Shown: in pieces, positions 1-14,296 of the stretch | Position numbering within the stretch: the first letter of the stretch is position 1 | Layout of the letters: the number at the start of each line of letters is the position of its first letter | Source of the DNA: Ramazzottius varieornatus | Taxonomy: Eukaryota; Animalia; Tardigrada | Assembly: GCA_001949185.1 (NCBI GenBank) | Contig: BDGG01000003.1 | Coordinates: 1,338,725-1,402,724, forward strand | Length of the DNA: 64,000 bases | Direction of reading: 5' to 3' | The notes under the pieces: model-generated | What the model saw: only the letters and a program-made list of their open reading frames with translations | Told to the model about the DNA's origin: nothing | The model's database searches: none | Made by a program: the position numbers and the translations under genes

Positions 1-2693
1 CGATTTCCGGTCAAAGGCTGCCTGTGGACAGTCATGGCGGGCTTTGGACTTTTAACAAGGAATCTATGGCGTCTTAAGGCTGTTTAACGGCATTTTAAAG
101 ACACAAGTCGCTCTTTCTTGCGTGCGGCAAGTATCTATTGACATTAAACCAACAAATTCACTAAGGATGAAGCGACGATCGATCGGGCTGTTATTGAGGT
201 CTCTCGAGCTTTGCTTTTTGCTATCTCATTCCGGTTTCCCTGACTCGTTGCGTTGTTCGACTGAATCTTCCATGCCGGCAATGCGATCAAGCGGGCTCTA
301 AGGGGATTAGCCTGCATATTGAGATGCCTGAAATCAGGTCAGAAACGTGGTCAAGTATGCTACTTTTTGACCAGTTTCGGTGTGCAAGGAAGCCCGCTTG
401 GATCTTTTCTCATTCACTCTCAAAAATTTGACTTTGAAAAATCTGGTTACGAAAACTCTTTTCAGGAGCCTTGTTTCCTGAAAGTGAAGCTTTTTTTCCT
501 TGCGTTTTTCCAGCAGCAAGTCGTGCAACTGCCGTCAAGAATATGTCTGTTTTTCACAATTTTTCCCCAAAAAGGAAGGGAACAGCGGTAGGGACACAGA
601 TGGTAAGGAGAAAGAATCGTAAAAGAACCAAAAGCAAGTCCGTGGGAAAAATTGTGTTGAGTCAGCTGTACCCACTTGAGATCTGCTGACAGCTTCGTTC
701 TGCCATACTTCTTCCGCCAATATTATTGTTGCGTTGATGAAAACCGCAAAGTTGACTTTGAGCTTCTAAACGGCTCTGTTTGTATTCAAATCCAAACAGC
801 CATTTCTGTAACGGATTATTAAGAATGACAGCTCGAGTTTGTTTAGATTACCCACATTGCGCCCAAGTCAAAGTTGCACAAAGACGGCTAAGCTGCCATA
901 TGCACTACTGTATGAGTTTTCTCTTCTTAGTGATTTCCATATTTTTTACGCTTTTTCTACGCCAGAAGCATTCTGAACATTCGCTTCCAGTCTCCGTTAG
1001 AAATATTCCAACTTGTGGTTGGGCTTTATCCTCCAATGCACAAACCGGTTTTCCAGCTGTGCCTGTGAACCATGTCCGGCTTCGGCTCATTGGCATATCA
1101 TATGGCTGAAGCATTGTACGGTGTTCTCACGCGCGGATAAATTTCCACACAAAATGGCACATCTGGATTTAATTTCTCCTGAAGTCTCCTCCAAACAAAG
1201 AAAACCAGCCTTTCTTGTCCGACACGAACCTTCGCCCACGCCAGACGCAGTTTTATTCACTCTGACACTGTCCGATCCTTCTTGATCTTGAAAATGTCCA
1301 GCCATCATCGTTTGAAACGTTTCACGTCGAAGCGATGAGATCTGTTTCGACTAAGAAGCGATAATGAGGCAACGATCGAAGGCGCCGCTTTGCGGATCGC
1401 GCTTCCGATCGACGTTTAATTGCTCTGACAAGCATCAAATCTCGCTTCAGCTCTTAAATCACTTGTCTTACTGGCCGAGACTTTCCACTGCACATTTTTC
1501 ACATCGTTCTGCTCGGTCTGCAAAGCTCCCACACGTGTATGCCAAGCCGTTTTGCACGCAACCGATCACTGATCAGCTTAGTGGACTCAGCGCTGTTCGA
1601 AGTGACCAACGGCCAGTCAATCATAATTGCCCAACCGGCTCGATTACCCCTTTCCTCCCCTCACCCTAGTCATATCCGCAAACAAAAAGAGCCAGGACAC
1701 ATCCGGCCAAAGCCTGTTTGCTCAATGACGTCGCCAAACGGGATTACGTGTTCCACTCGTTACCTAACCGCTACCTGACCAAGACAAAAAAGGCCCGGGT
1801 CACTCCATTCTCCCTTCTCCCACCCTCCCGCCGATAATTTACTTCACTCCCCGTAGCTTTCATCGAAAATACAGTTCCTCAGTCATGAAAATATATGGCC
1901 TGGACAAAGGCCAACCGCCAATGTTGACCTCTACTTCCATACCCTTATCTTTTGTTCACCATTGAGCATATGGGGCATTGTGAGCAAGTGAGAGGTTATT
2001 ATTCGTTTGTATACAGTGCTGTTATGCATAAAATCAACATGGCTATCAGCTGCTAGCAGTGAAGAGCTTTGCAGTTGTTGTACCATTGTGTATTTCGAGC
2101 GCCATGCCGAAATTCAAGACACCCGGTAGGGAATGTCACGTTCCGTGGCACTTTCAAGGCTCTGTTTATTCAGCCATGCCAGCAACATGCTTGGCATCAC
2201 ACGTGAGACTGTCAAGTTACAACTCTTGGAGTTCTCTCAATTTACACTGGAGCACCACGTCAGAATGTCCGCAAATAAATTAACTCATTCACACGTGTTC
2301 AGTCGGGCGGGAAGGATGATAATTACGGTGGTTTCGGAGCAGGCAGTTGATTTCTGCAAGTCAAATATTGGCACGCTAAAAAATTCGGGAAGGCTTCTTG
2401 AAAGGAATTTAGGTGGAATGCGATAGTGAAACACAGCACAGACTTCGCTCAAGCAGATTACGGCCAGGGAATGCAGAAGAGCGTGCTGAGCATGTCACAG
2501 CTGCTGGCTTGACCAGTGTCCACTTTGCTCGCCGGATGTGCACCGGATGGTGTCAGCCGGCGACAACTGTGTACCCACATCAACGTTTCCCATGTCTCCC
2601 TGTTCCTGTCAATAGTAAACACGTTCCGGCAAAGTGCGAAAATCGAAACAAGTAAACCCACTTTCCGAACAATGTGGCCCAGTTGACGTGTCG

Positions 2694-2742
2694 AACGGGC
2701 GCACGTTTGCAACGTTTTTGGCTCTGTGAGCTTGCGCCACTT
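2694..2742. repeat. GTGGCGCAC palindrome family core (49 bp)
   Basis: AACGGGCGCAC...TTGCGCCACTT; upstream of, or in a 5' intron of, the RhoGEF. Confidence 0.7.
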
Positions 2743-3643
2743 CAAAAAGCGATGTTGTTCGCTTTTACAGTTATTTCGGTTGGAAGCTCCTCTGTTAGTC
2801 TTTGACAAAAAGGATTTCGTTCGTTCTGCCCGTCTATTCGGGTCGGGTGACCATCTCTCTCTTCACAGTTTTCTACATTCTTTCCAGTTGTCACATTTGA
2901 GAGGACGTATGGGTTTTCGAAAGGGACTCTAACGGAAATTTCGAAATTTCGACGTTGTCTGGATCTGTTTGCTCTGCTTCCAACAGCACAATATCTGCAC
3001 AAAGTTCCCCTTGGCCTCACAAATATTTTTCACCGATGAAATCTGCTGGAAGTTGGGCCATAATTCTCAGTGATGGATCTGTTTGAGATTGGGGCTGGAT
3101 ACATGCCGGCTTTGTCATAAATCATAGGTATTTGTAACCAGTAACGTCTGTCTTATGTTACCTCTCGCGGTCCTCTCACCGAACCGGTAATCTTCGTTCT
3201 AGGCAAAGTCGAAACGACAGAAAGCCGAAGCGTCCAGCAGACATCATTTGCATGCCTCGTAAATTCTGAAATTTGTATTCTGTCGAAAATCCAGCTTCAC
3301 TCGAAGAGAGGGTGCGGGTGATTTGAAAATCGCTCTTTCATACTGTTTCAGATATTGTGGACAACCATCCATCATCATTCCTGACCGAATCATATTTGTC
3401 CGTACCTCCGTACTTGCGCAGTGGGAGGCACAACTCCTTAAATTGGATGGTGAAAGATTTGAACCGAGTATTTTTTTAAGAGATCGGTAAGCAGCTGTTG
3501 AACCGTGGTCGCGGCCTTCTTGAGATGTCGCTGCCGTCGACAATTTCTCATTGAAGCCGTGTTAGATTAGACAAGTTTAGAGTAGACTGGAGTTGGTGTA
3601 TTGTGTGATGGGTTGAGAGGCGAGAAGAGATCTCTTCACAACA

Positions 3644-6600
3644 ATGACACAGTGTGACAGGGTGTCTCGACAGAGTCAGACAGGACTGCATGTTAGAGGG
3701 AGTTCAAACGAAATCCGCCAGCACCTGTCGCTCCCTCGGGTGGCTCGGGTTGAGGTCCAGGTAAGTACAGTAACAGACGTGAACTGCAGGAACGTCAGGT
3801 CAAAAAGTCAAACGCCGAACGAACGCTCTGCGTTTTCGTTCTTCGCTGAGTACAAGTTAGTCCCATCGCTCTTGTTTTTCCCAGAAAGAGAAAATTTGCA
3901 ACTGGGCTTTCTCTCTGGTCAGCTAAACTAGCAGCTGTCACACCCAAAGCGGAAAGGTTGATTTCGATCTCGAAAATTTTTAAACCACCCATTATGTCCT
4001 GCAGCGCCATTCTCGAATAAACAGACACAGCAGTGGTCATTTCAACCGGCTGCCATCAAGTAGCTATTTCGCTATCTCGGACCATCGCATCAGTCGAGTA
4101 AACTGTCTCTATTAATTTAGACTTGACATTCACGTTCACTGTTCATATTTCGGCATCTGCTGTCCGTGTACACTTTAGAAACCAGTCCGTACAGTGTGCT
4201 TTTAATCACCAGAAGATGAAAGGCGAGAGGGCCCATAAAAAGCACAAGCTGCCATTAATTGGAGATCGCCAGATTCAAGCTATAGATTGAAGAGTGAAGG
4301 TTTGTGTGTCGCAAAGTGTGATGGAAGAGCAAAAACAAGCCGCTGCGACGTCTTTGCTTTACAATCTTCCGTGCCTTTCGTTTTGACAGCTCCCAGGTTG
4401 TTCTTGAGAGAAAGTCACTTTTCTCTCTGAGGACAAAACCATCCGTATGAACACGGTTTGTTGTCTGTTGCTGATAACCTCAACTAATCCTTGACCGAGT
4501 TTGTTTTACAACATTCCAAAGATTCACTTTACCGTGGCCGAGATATTCTTCTTCCATGATTACAAATGTCGACTTTGTTTACTCTTGAGTCGCGGCTTCG
4601 GACGTTTCTCGCTCCAGTAACCTTCCCGACTTTCGCCGGTATATTCGGATTGAGGTCCACTTTTGCGCACCGTTCCGCAAATTCTTCATTCAGAAAGCAG
4701 AACGTTGTACTGTAAAGTATCCTTGACGCTTGTAGTTATCCTTTCAAACTAAATTACCAATCACGAGCTCAAACAAGCAGCTTTGAAATTGGAGTTGTGT
4801 CTGAATGCTAGACTCTCCTTTCTACCCTACAAGAACGGCGCTAGCGGTATGCGCAGAGACTAAGTTTATGTAATGCTGGGCAAATAAATTATGTTAGCTG
4901 CTATACTCTTTTAGCCGGCTAATTATAAATTTTGTTTGCCTTTGCGGAAATTGGATCTGTGGTTTCCACCGAACTCGTTGAGTCGTTGTGAGAAATAGTG
5001 CCGTCATCTCTGGCGGAATATACGGTGTGCCATGAACTGCTTTGCTTTTCGACAGCCTGAGACTCTATGTAGATGATTGCGTGAGCGACTGATTAGTAAT
5101 CTCGTTCTTTTTTGTTGCAGGAGACAGATGGCACTTTTACTCGACAAAGGAAGCACAATGATTCAATCAACGGAGGCTGGCCCTTGTGCTACGACAACAA
5201 AGTGATCATCCATTTGACCGAGATCGACCGGCATCGTTTGCCCAGTGGCAAACTGCAACGTGGTCATTTCTACTTCCACATTTCCTCTCCTTCAAAGTCT
5301 CCCGAATCTAGCCCACTCTTCCTGTGCCTGAAACTACGGATATTGTCGGGCGAAGTGCTGGAAGTGCGCGTTCCGGCCAGCGCTGCGCATCTCAAGATGG
5401 CATTCAGCTCCAAATGGTTCCACGAGACCATCTTCCACTGCACATCGGACATGCGCTTGTTGAGCGCCCTACAATTCTGTGTGGTCAGCTTCGAGCGCAG
5501 CATTGATCGCATTGATTTGCAATTACTCACTTCCGGATTACGGACGCCGGCTAGTGTTAACGAGCCAGCCTTGTCTGACCGTCATTCAACGGCACTACCA
5601 GACAATGAGCCATCTTCCTTTTCATTAGCTCATGATGAGTGCCAGTGTCAATGCAGCCCCAACGGGATTACGGACAGTAGCCGGTCTTCATCAACAACAC
5701 CCTCCTCACAAGACCATGGACCGTTTCATCATCGTAAGCGCATCAAAATAGAGCTTGATGACAATTTATATTCAATTAATGATAGCACAACAGCACACTT
5801 ATACGATCAGTGATACTGACCACTGTAATCGGATTACAATCTGTACCTTAGAAAATTTGTAAAACCCGCTGTAAAATGAGAAGTCGGCAGGTGAGCTGAC
5901 CCAGATCGGTATTTTAAGTGGCGCACGTTTGCACTGTTTCTGGCTGTAAGCGTGCGCAACTTGGAAAGAGATCTGGGTAAACTCGTTTGCCGACGTTATA
6001 AATTTTCTAAGAGCTCAAGATCTCCGCTTGTGTTCATAGTGCAAGACTTTGCTCATCAGTGATCTGGGTGACTTTTAACATGATTTTTCCAGATCTTCCG
6101 AGTGTCATTACACAGTTCATAAAAACACTGATGGATTTCATATGTGAAATTAATTCACTTTTCCGTATTATTTTGCAGAAGTCGAGACGGAGCACATGAA
6201 ATGCTCGTGTTTGCCCAGCAGCCTCTCGTCGACGTCGAATCTGTCACAAAGTCAGAATTTATGTGATATGGATCTGAAAAAGAGCACGGATGCGAGTAGC
6301 AGTTGTTGGCTGGCCCGAGGGGCTCATTTAATCAATGAGATCAATAAAGCGCTACTGTCATCGGAAGCCGTCGTCTTCCCCGGTGGGTTCTCCCTATCCT
6401 TTGTCGACAAAAGGCCGACCATTGACTCCCACAGTTCATTTAACAATATCGCTATTCTCATTAACGTAGTTAAGCGGATCACCCATTGTTTCTTGTTCAT
6501 TAACAGGCACCATTGACAGACAACGCCATCCGGTGATCTTTTTGCACGTCCAACGCCTTCCCGAAACGGCCACTGCCGATGAACTGGCGCGCCTTTTCTC

Positions 6601-9600
6601 TTACATCTATTTTACCGCCCGGTAAGTTCAACAGTTCCAATATAAACCCGTAGAAAGTCGTTCACGTTCCCACCCACATCAACTTGCGCAATTTGGACCA
6701 CAGCGATAACGGCCACTTTTTTCGTTTAGCGAACCGGCAGCCAATTCTGGTTTCACCCTTGTGGTCGAGACGCCGTCATGTTCGGAAAGCTCTTTTTCCG
6801 AAAAGTTGGAAAAATTTTTCCTGCTGCTCGATACGGCAATATGGAAGTTCCAGGTATATGAAATTATTCAGAAACGTGCCGCCCAGAACAGACTGAACAC
6901 GGAATTTTTCTGAAGGAACTGATACCCAACTGGGTATTTCGAGTACTCGTCTTGCTCCAGTCGGATACGCCCATCGACGTGGCTGATAAGATCCGCGATG
7001 CGTTTGCCAAAACATCAACAGAGAAGGTATCATCATTAGTCTCTATCAACATTGATATCGATATCTCGAGTCTCTCTGCTCGACAGCTGTTCTCCATCTC
7101 TTACATAAAACAAAAACAAGATTTGCACAGGCTTTCCCGTGCATCCATATGTTATTTCTTCGCGGTTGACTCTTCTCCATCTTTGCAGATCAAGTTCGTG
7201 CATGGCAAGGGTGATTTGCCGGTTCACATTGACGACATGAACATCCTCAGCACGCTAGACGGTCGTCTAAGCTTCAACCATCAAAAGTTCGTTGCATATC
7301 GCTGCGTAAGTGTCAAACCAGATTCTACCGTATCCACTAGTCTGCTTATCGATATAATCCTCAAAGTCATATTTATAAGCCGTGACTGATCTCCCAAACT
7401 GCCTGAAACCTAAACTTGACCAATCGGCTTATGCCGCAACAATATCCATCAATAGAGCACCCGGCTTGAACCTACTGTTTTTTCCCGGTTTACCGATTGT
7501 TTCACATGGCCAACCAACACAACTAAAGCATGGTTTCACATGGTCGTTTCAACCGGGACAGTAGTACGGGTATTTTGTTTGCAGGAAATTGAACCCTTCA
7601 TGGAGACATGTCGCCTCGCCTCACGTCGACTCTTGGAAGCCATTCACCAGATGAAACTTCAAGACAAATGTCTTTGTCAATGTAACAAACCAACAAGCAG
7701 CCCAGCTGACCGGAACGGCAACAGCAACGTCAGTCAAGACCGTCATGTCTTCTCCGCCGCCCACTATCACCTGATGATCCGCGCGCAGAAAGTCATGATG
7801 CAGAGCATCGCCGAGGACTCAAACTTGCTGCAGTTGCAGAGCGAAGGTGAGACATTGCTGCTGAAGTTCCAGCAAGATCAGTCCAGTCGGGAAACCCGCG
7901 ATGCCTATGACCAAGCAGCCCAGCTCTACAACGATGTCCATACGACGACCATCAAATTGATGCGGCTGGCGGACCGCAGGTTGTCAAAGCTGGAAAAGTG
8001 TTATCAGCTGAAGCGTTTCGAGGAAGATGCAGGACGCTTGTTGATGTGGATGTCCAAGGAAGGCGAAAGCACGTTGCAGAGGAATTTACAAGTGGGAAAT
8101 AGTTTGCTGGAAGTTCGAGAACAACAGAAGGAGTTCGACAAATTCCACTCTCTCGCCTTCGTAAGTTTCTTATGTTCGTTATAAGTTATAACGAATTAGT
8201 ATATTTAGTTATGTTTCAACGCCGGCGCTATTCACTCGTTTTACCTTGATGCAAACTGGGAGGGGAAAAAGGATTTTTCGAAGGTTTTTTTCCCGGTTTT
8301 TCTGGTCTCCTGAGTGCAATTGATAAGCTAGCGATTCGGGACTATCGATTCGGGGAAACGCGCCGTTCTTCTACGCGTTTTCAAGTCTCCATAGCAGTTT
8401 CACATTATTTTTCTGTTGTAGCTATGGTCAATGTGGTGACTTTTACCGCCTTTTGCAGAAAAACTTGGATAAGGCCTGCCATCTTCTGACGACTTTCAGC
8501 TCGCTTAACCTCACTTCCGACTCCGAGTGTCCCGCCGTCATCGTCCAGCTCTACCGACTTCTGGCCTCGACCCACCGTCGGTTCTCCGACCTCCTTGACG
8601 AGGTTCGCGATCGCATCGACGACGTTGCTCGTTGTTACTGCCTGATCGAACGAGCCTTCGAATGGACACTCCACACCGTCAACTTCATGTCCCAGTTCTC
8701 ACTCTCTGCAGAAATCACCTCCTCCCTGCCGTTGCTCAATGAGTCCCTCACAAAACTTGACACTTACGTCCGTGCACACCCACCTTTGACACCCGACAAC
8801 TTCCACGAGATGGACCAGATCGCGCACAAGCTGAAACTGTCAAAGCTCATCGATCAATGCAAACTGGCTCGACAACGTTGTCAAGAAGCCGAATCACTGA
8901 CCATAGCCAAAGAAACCGCCTTCCTCAAAGCCAAGTTCGCACTAGTACCGGCCTTACCCGCTCAAGAGCTCGTTACTCGACTTCCGCGGAACCGTGCGCC
9001 GATCGGCACGCCCTTCAGGGAATCTTCCTTCCGAACACAATACAGCATTCCGGAAACCGACGAGACTCTGTCTTCGTCTGACACCACACCGTTCATCGAT
9101 GATTCGGAGAGTGAAGCAGTGGTACCGGTGGGCTCCTGTGCATGTTCCTCTTCGTCAGCGACCTTAGCTGATATAAGCTCTCCCATGGAAGCCAAAAAGG
9201 TAGGCGGCGGGTTACGGAAGAGCAGCACGTGGCAAGCCGATGATGTCGATGGGACTCCGTCGCGGAACGGTTGCGAAGAAAGCTACACCGATGAGGACTT
9301 TGACGAAGTGGACAACGCCAGACTAAACAGACGAGAATCGTGGACGGTTCCTGCGTCGAATTCACATCTGTCGTTCTGCATGGACAAAGACTCCCTGGCA
9401 TCAATCAGTCCTCCGCAGGCTAGCGATGGCACACCAGGAAGCTTGATCGTACAGGAGCTTTTCCAGACTGAGATTGACTACATCGTGGCTCTAAAGTTTG
9501 TGATTGAGGCAAGTGAATATACGCCTTCTAACACGGAGATGTGCACTACAGCTGCTTTCATTCGAATATATTCCCCCCGTCTTTTAATTCCAGAATTACA

Positions 9601-11191
9601 TGCCGGAGATCTTGAAAGACACCGTGCCTCAATCACTACGCGGAAAGCGGAATGTAGTGTTCGGGAATCTGACCAAGCTGTACGATTTCCACAAGAAAGA
9701 GTTCTTGAAGTCGATCAAACAATGCGAAAGTTCTCCCATTCAGCTTGGTCAAGTCTTCTTGAAATTTGTAAGTGAAATGGAATAATCCACTTGGTGTCTG
9801 GTACTTGTTAACTTAGGAAGATCAACTGGAAGTGGTTATTACAGGAAAAATATTTCTATATGTACGCGCAATACACCCACAACAAACCGAAGTCCGACAA
9901 ACTGATGGGCGAATGTGGGAATGAGTTCTTTAAGGCCAGACAAACTGTCCTTCAAGATAAGATGGATCTGTCCAGTTACCTTCTGAGGCCCGTCCAACGG
10001 ATGGGCAAGTACGCCTTGTTGCTCAAACAACTGCTGAAAGTCTACCCGCGAACTGACCCCGAATGGGAGAAACTACAAGTAGGCTTCGCTTCTGTTGGCT
10101 TAACCGAAAAGATTTCCAAATGCCTTAACGCGGACTTGAATTTAGGAAGCGGAAGAAATGGTCAAGTTCCAACTGCGTCACGGCAATGACCTGCTGGCCA
10201 TGGACCAACTGAGGGACTGCGACGTCGACCTGAAAGAACAGGGACGGCTGTGCCGCCAGGATGACTTACTACTATATCAAGCAGGAAGGAAAAAATGTCT
10301 GAGGAGGGTCTTTCTCTTCGACGAAATGATCGTCTTCAGTAAAGTCAAGCGGTCGAAACAAGGGACCGAATACTTCCAATACAAGTACAGCCTCAAGGTG
10401 AGTCTGATAAACTGGGAGGCAAGTTTTCCATGGCCACCCTTTCTCTACTGTCTGTTGTTTCAATAATACATTGCGTTTTCTCGTTCTACAGACTAGCGAT
10501 ATCGGCCTGACGGAGCAACTCGGTGAAAGTCCTAACCAGTTCGAATTATGGTTCAGAAAGAGGAAGTCCGGTGATAACTTCATCCTACAGGCTGCCAATA
10601 CCGAAGTCAAACAAGCTTGGACCGCAGACATTTCTTCCATCCTGTGGCGTCAAGCCTGGCGAAGTCGAGGTACGATAGTCTGTATTATGGAAACCATCTT
10701 TAGCAGACAGTTGAATACCGGTTTGGAGATCGATCGTCAACTTGACCACGAAGCGAAAACATTTCTTCCTCTTTCCGTCAGAAACCCGATTGTCAGAGAT
10801 GGATAGTATGGGAATCGAGAAGCGTAACTGTCTGGACATCAAGCCCAGCGAGGACCAGATCAACCATCGCTACGTCCTCCTGCGAGCCGGCTCGGGTCCT
10901 TCCTCGATTGACCTACGCGGCAGCACCCATGAATCGCTGCGGGGACGCCTGCAGCGCCCGCATTCCCTGATATCCATCAGTAATTCCTGCAGCAACTCGG
11001 CATTCATCTCTAGTCCGATTCTACAGGAGGAAAGGGGCGAAGAAGCGACGAAGGTTGGTGGTGGGACTACCGGTGACGAAGATCGCAGTTCTCCACGTCG
11101 CTCGCAATGTTCTTCGGAAAGCGGAATTTGCTCGGATATTAACACTTCCTCCACATCAAATCCGCCTTTGGAGTCTGAGTCTTCCACATGA
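3644..11191 (+). CDS. PLEKHG4: Puratrophin-1-like / PLEKHG4-ARHGEF40 family RhoGEF (N-terminal domain, SEC14-like, spectrin repeats, DH-PH), multi-exon
   Basis: Exons joined in frame at splice consensus sites: 3644-3760 (tentative first exon), 5120-5733 (GWPLCYDNKVIIHL...GHFYFHI, the family N-terminal motif), 6179-6382, 6507-6621 (FPGTIDRQRHPVIF), ~6870-7026, ~7189-7305, ~7584-8160, 8459-9508, 9594-9767, 9845-10078, 10146-10397, 10492-10669, 10782-11191. DH motifs IVQELFQTEIDYI and YLLRPVQRMGKYALLL; PH motif RRVFLFDEMIVFSK. The true 5' start is uncertain. Confidence 0.88.
5916..5962. repeat. GTGGCGCAC palindrome family core (47 bp), RhoGEF intron
   Basis: AAGTGGCGCAC...GTGCGCAACTT with outer arms ACCCAGATC/GATCTGGGT. 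Confidence 0.85.
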
Positions 11192-12461
11192 AAGCATGAA
11201 CGTTTTGTGCTAACTAGGCCACTGCTCCGGATCAAAGTCTCGTTTTGCTCATCTGTGATTTTAATGGTTTTGTACATATACCACTTGCTAATGTGAGTAT
11301 TTTTTAATCATGTATCAAATGTATATTCCCCCCAGAGCAAGATACACCGTGTACGTTCTGTTCTATTCCAGAATTAAATCGTTTTCAAAATTGCGGTCAA
11401 AACATATTGATACTGTTGTTTGATCGGTCATGGATTAATTAGTGTTCGCTTTTTATGGCGAGATTACGGGAGGTGCATACGACGAAATAACCAACAAAAC
11501 CCGACAATGCGAAGAGGGTTGAAGGAAGCTCTCACAGGAAGCGTTTTTGTGCGTATGACATGTCTCAATATTCAGCATCAAAAATTTCTCTATTCAAAAT
11601 TTCACTGACGCACTTCATGGTCCAGCTCAAACGAACTCTGCATTTCAGGCCCATATTCCAGGTCATCTGTCGTTGCTGCGCTTCTTCAACTGGACGAGAG
11701 TGGCGATGTAAGTGACGAACCGACTAAAAACCCTCTGTGCCCTCTCCCTTGCAAGCAAGGGGTCCAGATATCGGGACCCGGAGGTCTCAGTATGCGGGTA
11801 TTGCGGTAAAGTTCACTGCCTGATGTTGTAGGTTCACATTGTAAACATTCTGCCAACAGCCATTACCCACATTTGGGCTGATGATGGAAATATGGTTGGT
11901 TAGTCACAGACCATTCAAAATTCAACAACTGTCACTAATTTGGTCGCTTTCCGAGCGTTGCATCTTGTAACTCCTAAAGTCCAAAATTCACATCCACAAA
12001 CCCGCTTCAACTTTCTGCACTGTAGGGAAAGGGGAGCCTATCCAGTTGCCCGTGCTACGCGTAGCTCTGTTTGCTGCATGAGGAATCTATCGTTGTATCA
12101 TGCACTACGATCTGCAGAGTTTGCATGCCACTAGCGTCTCATAGACTTGGAAGATATCGGACATTCTTGGTCCGCGGTGCATTCTAAGCTCATGCAAGAA
12201 ACTACTGTACAGCGTAAAGTGACGATGATGGTGGCGTATCTAACATCTTTCTTGCTAAAATAGGTTAAAATGACCCCATGCCGGAAACAGATCTCCCGCA
12301 GGCGAAAGTAGAAATGAATGGTCAAAGAGTTAGTAAAATTCTGTTAGTAACACAGAAATTCTGTGAAGAATTTAAGGCAGAAACTATGTGGAAAGAAACA
12401 GAAAGGTAGTACCAAACGTTTGGTAATACAACTCTGCATCGGAAACGGCAAGCATTAGTCT

Positions 12462-14296
12462 CTACTCAAACTTTATCCTCTCACTGTAAATCTTTTGCTG
12501 GAGATGCTTCCATTCCACCTTGACTTGCTGACGCTTCAATTGACCATCCCAGTCGAGCTCCACCAGGCCGCCTTTCTTGGCAATCTCATTCTTCACCCTC
12601 GACGCGAACATCGCGGCATCCTCGTCTGGCGCTCTCTGCATCGGTGGCAGGTACCACACGTCACAAACAATGGCCCAGCTGGTCATCATCATCAGCAAAT
12701 ACTGAATCTGAAACAGAAAACCTATACATAAGCTGAGATAGCCGTAAGATCAGGGTATAACGTGGACGAGTAGAAACCATAGCGAACTCTACGCAGGGCT
12801 AATGTGAACGGACCACAATTTCAATTTTGAATGGTCCATATGTGTTAAAAGCCTACCATAGTTTGCTTCGAGCTGTTCCAGTACGCATCACCGAAGCGCG
12901 GGTCGTACTTGATCGCGACGGGGTAGATTGGACAATCTACCTCAAATGATCCCTTCTTGAACATCATGACACACGTGTTGTTGATGCAAGTGCCCTCCGG
13001 GAAGATCAACACAGGCAAGTTGTCTCCCTTGGTCACATGTTCATGCAGTCTCTTCGCCACGGCCATTCTGTCCTTGTTCTCCGATCTCTCGAACCAAATG
13101 TGTTCTGTGGCCCTGCTCAGTGCTCTCTGTAGAATTCCCAAGAATCCCCCATGTCTCTGGCCAATCAAGGCATAACAGTTATCAACAGCTAGAATGATGA
13201 CATCAATCGGGGAAGTATGGTTGGCCACACAGATGCAGCCTTTCTTGGCCCTGTATTGTGTATCGTGAAAGCGAATGATGGCTGAAAAGCCTCGTGAAAG
13301 GATACGAAAGCACATGAGCATCACGTAGTTGTTCATTCGCTGTTTGAATTCGCCGGAAGGAAGGTAGCCAACGAAGGCCGTGCAGACAACCAGCCACAAG
13401 GTCCCCACCACCGTGATGGTCACGCGAAGGGGAAGGAGCACGAGGTAGCGGAAGAGGAACCCGACAGCCCAGATCACAGTCAGACGAAAGGAAATGTAGT
13501 GGTAGTTGATGTTGGTCCGTGTTAGGAGGTTCCATGAGGAAATCTCCTCGGCTTCGAAGCTTTTGGTCACTGGGTCCTCTGTTATTGCTTCCATGCCTGT
13601 CCAAAAAGGGACAATCAACACGCATCAATGCGACTTCACACTGGGCGCCAGGTGGCGCACAACAGATCACGTGGTTCACTTGCAGATATCACGAGTCACA
13701 TGCTTCGACGAGTACTGTATACGACGTCACACTAATGACTGGAAATGGCCGGTGCAAAATCATACAGCGTATGACGTCAAATCAAAAACCGCAGAACTGT
13801 AACGTTTCGCTATGACGCCATGCGTGTGTCAAATAAAGTTCTACTGAATTCTCACGTTCTAAGTTCCACTGCGAGTTTGTTGGCTCTTACAGTCTTACTC
13901 ACCCCATTTTATTAGCTCGTAGGAGTCCGACAAGGAGAAGTCTTTCTTCAGAAGTCGCTCCTGGTGGTAGGATAGAGCCGAATGGTAGTGGGAATTTGAG
14001 CTGGTCTGGCGATCGACGAGGTTGACCGAGCTGCCGTGGCTGGGTAAACTCGGCGTGGCAAAGCCCGAATCGGTCGTCTCTATTTCGCCGAAGGTATGAA
14101 CGCTTTCTCTCCGTTCCTTCTGCTCAATTCTGACTCTTCCCCACTCGAAGATCCTCAGCAGCAGCTCCACATACCGCTCCCGAATGCCCAGAGAGTGATT
14201 AGACGATGCCAGAATCATGATGAGGAGGACGATACCGACGGCGGGCGCTAGAGCCAAAGAGGCCAGCGTGATGATAATGTGCTCCAGGGTAAACAT
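12462..14296 (-). CDS. GPAT4: Glycerol-3-phosphate acyltransferase 3/4 (AGPAT6/9 family), 3 coding exons
   Basis: Exons 14296-13903, 13596-12857, 12707-12462. Acyltransferase motifs VANHTSPID, IWFERSE and IFPEGTCINN; C-terminal WAIVCDVWYLPP...WDGQLKR. GPAT3 versus GPAT4 orthology is not resolvable here. Confidence 0.95.

Noticed and set aside
1-3640. Short ORFs in the first 3.6 kb
   Set aside because: No recognisable homology or consistent exon chain; probably upstream or intronic DNA of the RhoGEF.
5734-5813. Stop at 5813 as the end of a separate 233-aa gene
   Set aside because: A phase-1 donor at 5734 (GTAAGC) joins in frame to the 6179 exon, so it is part of the RhoGEF.
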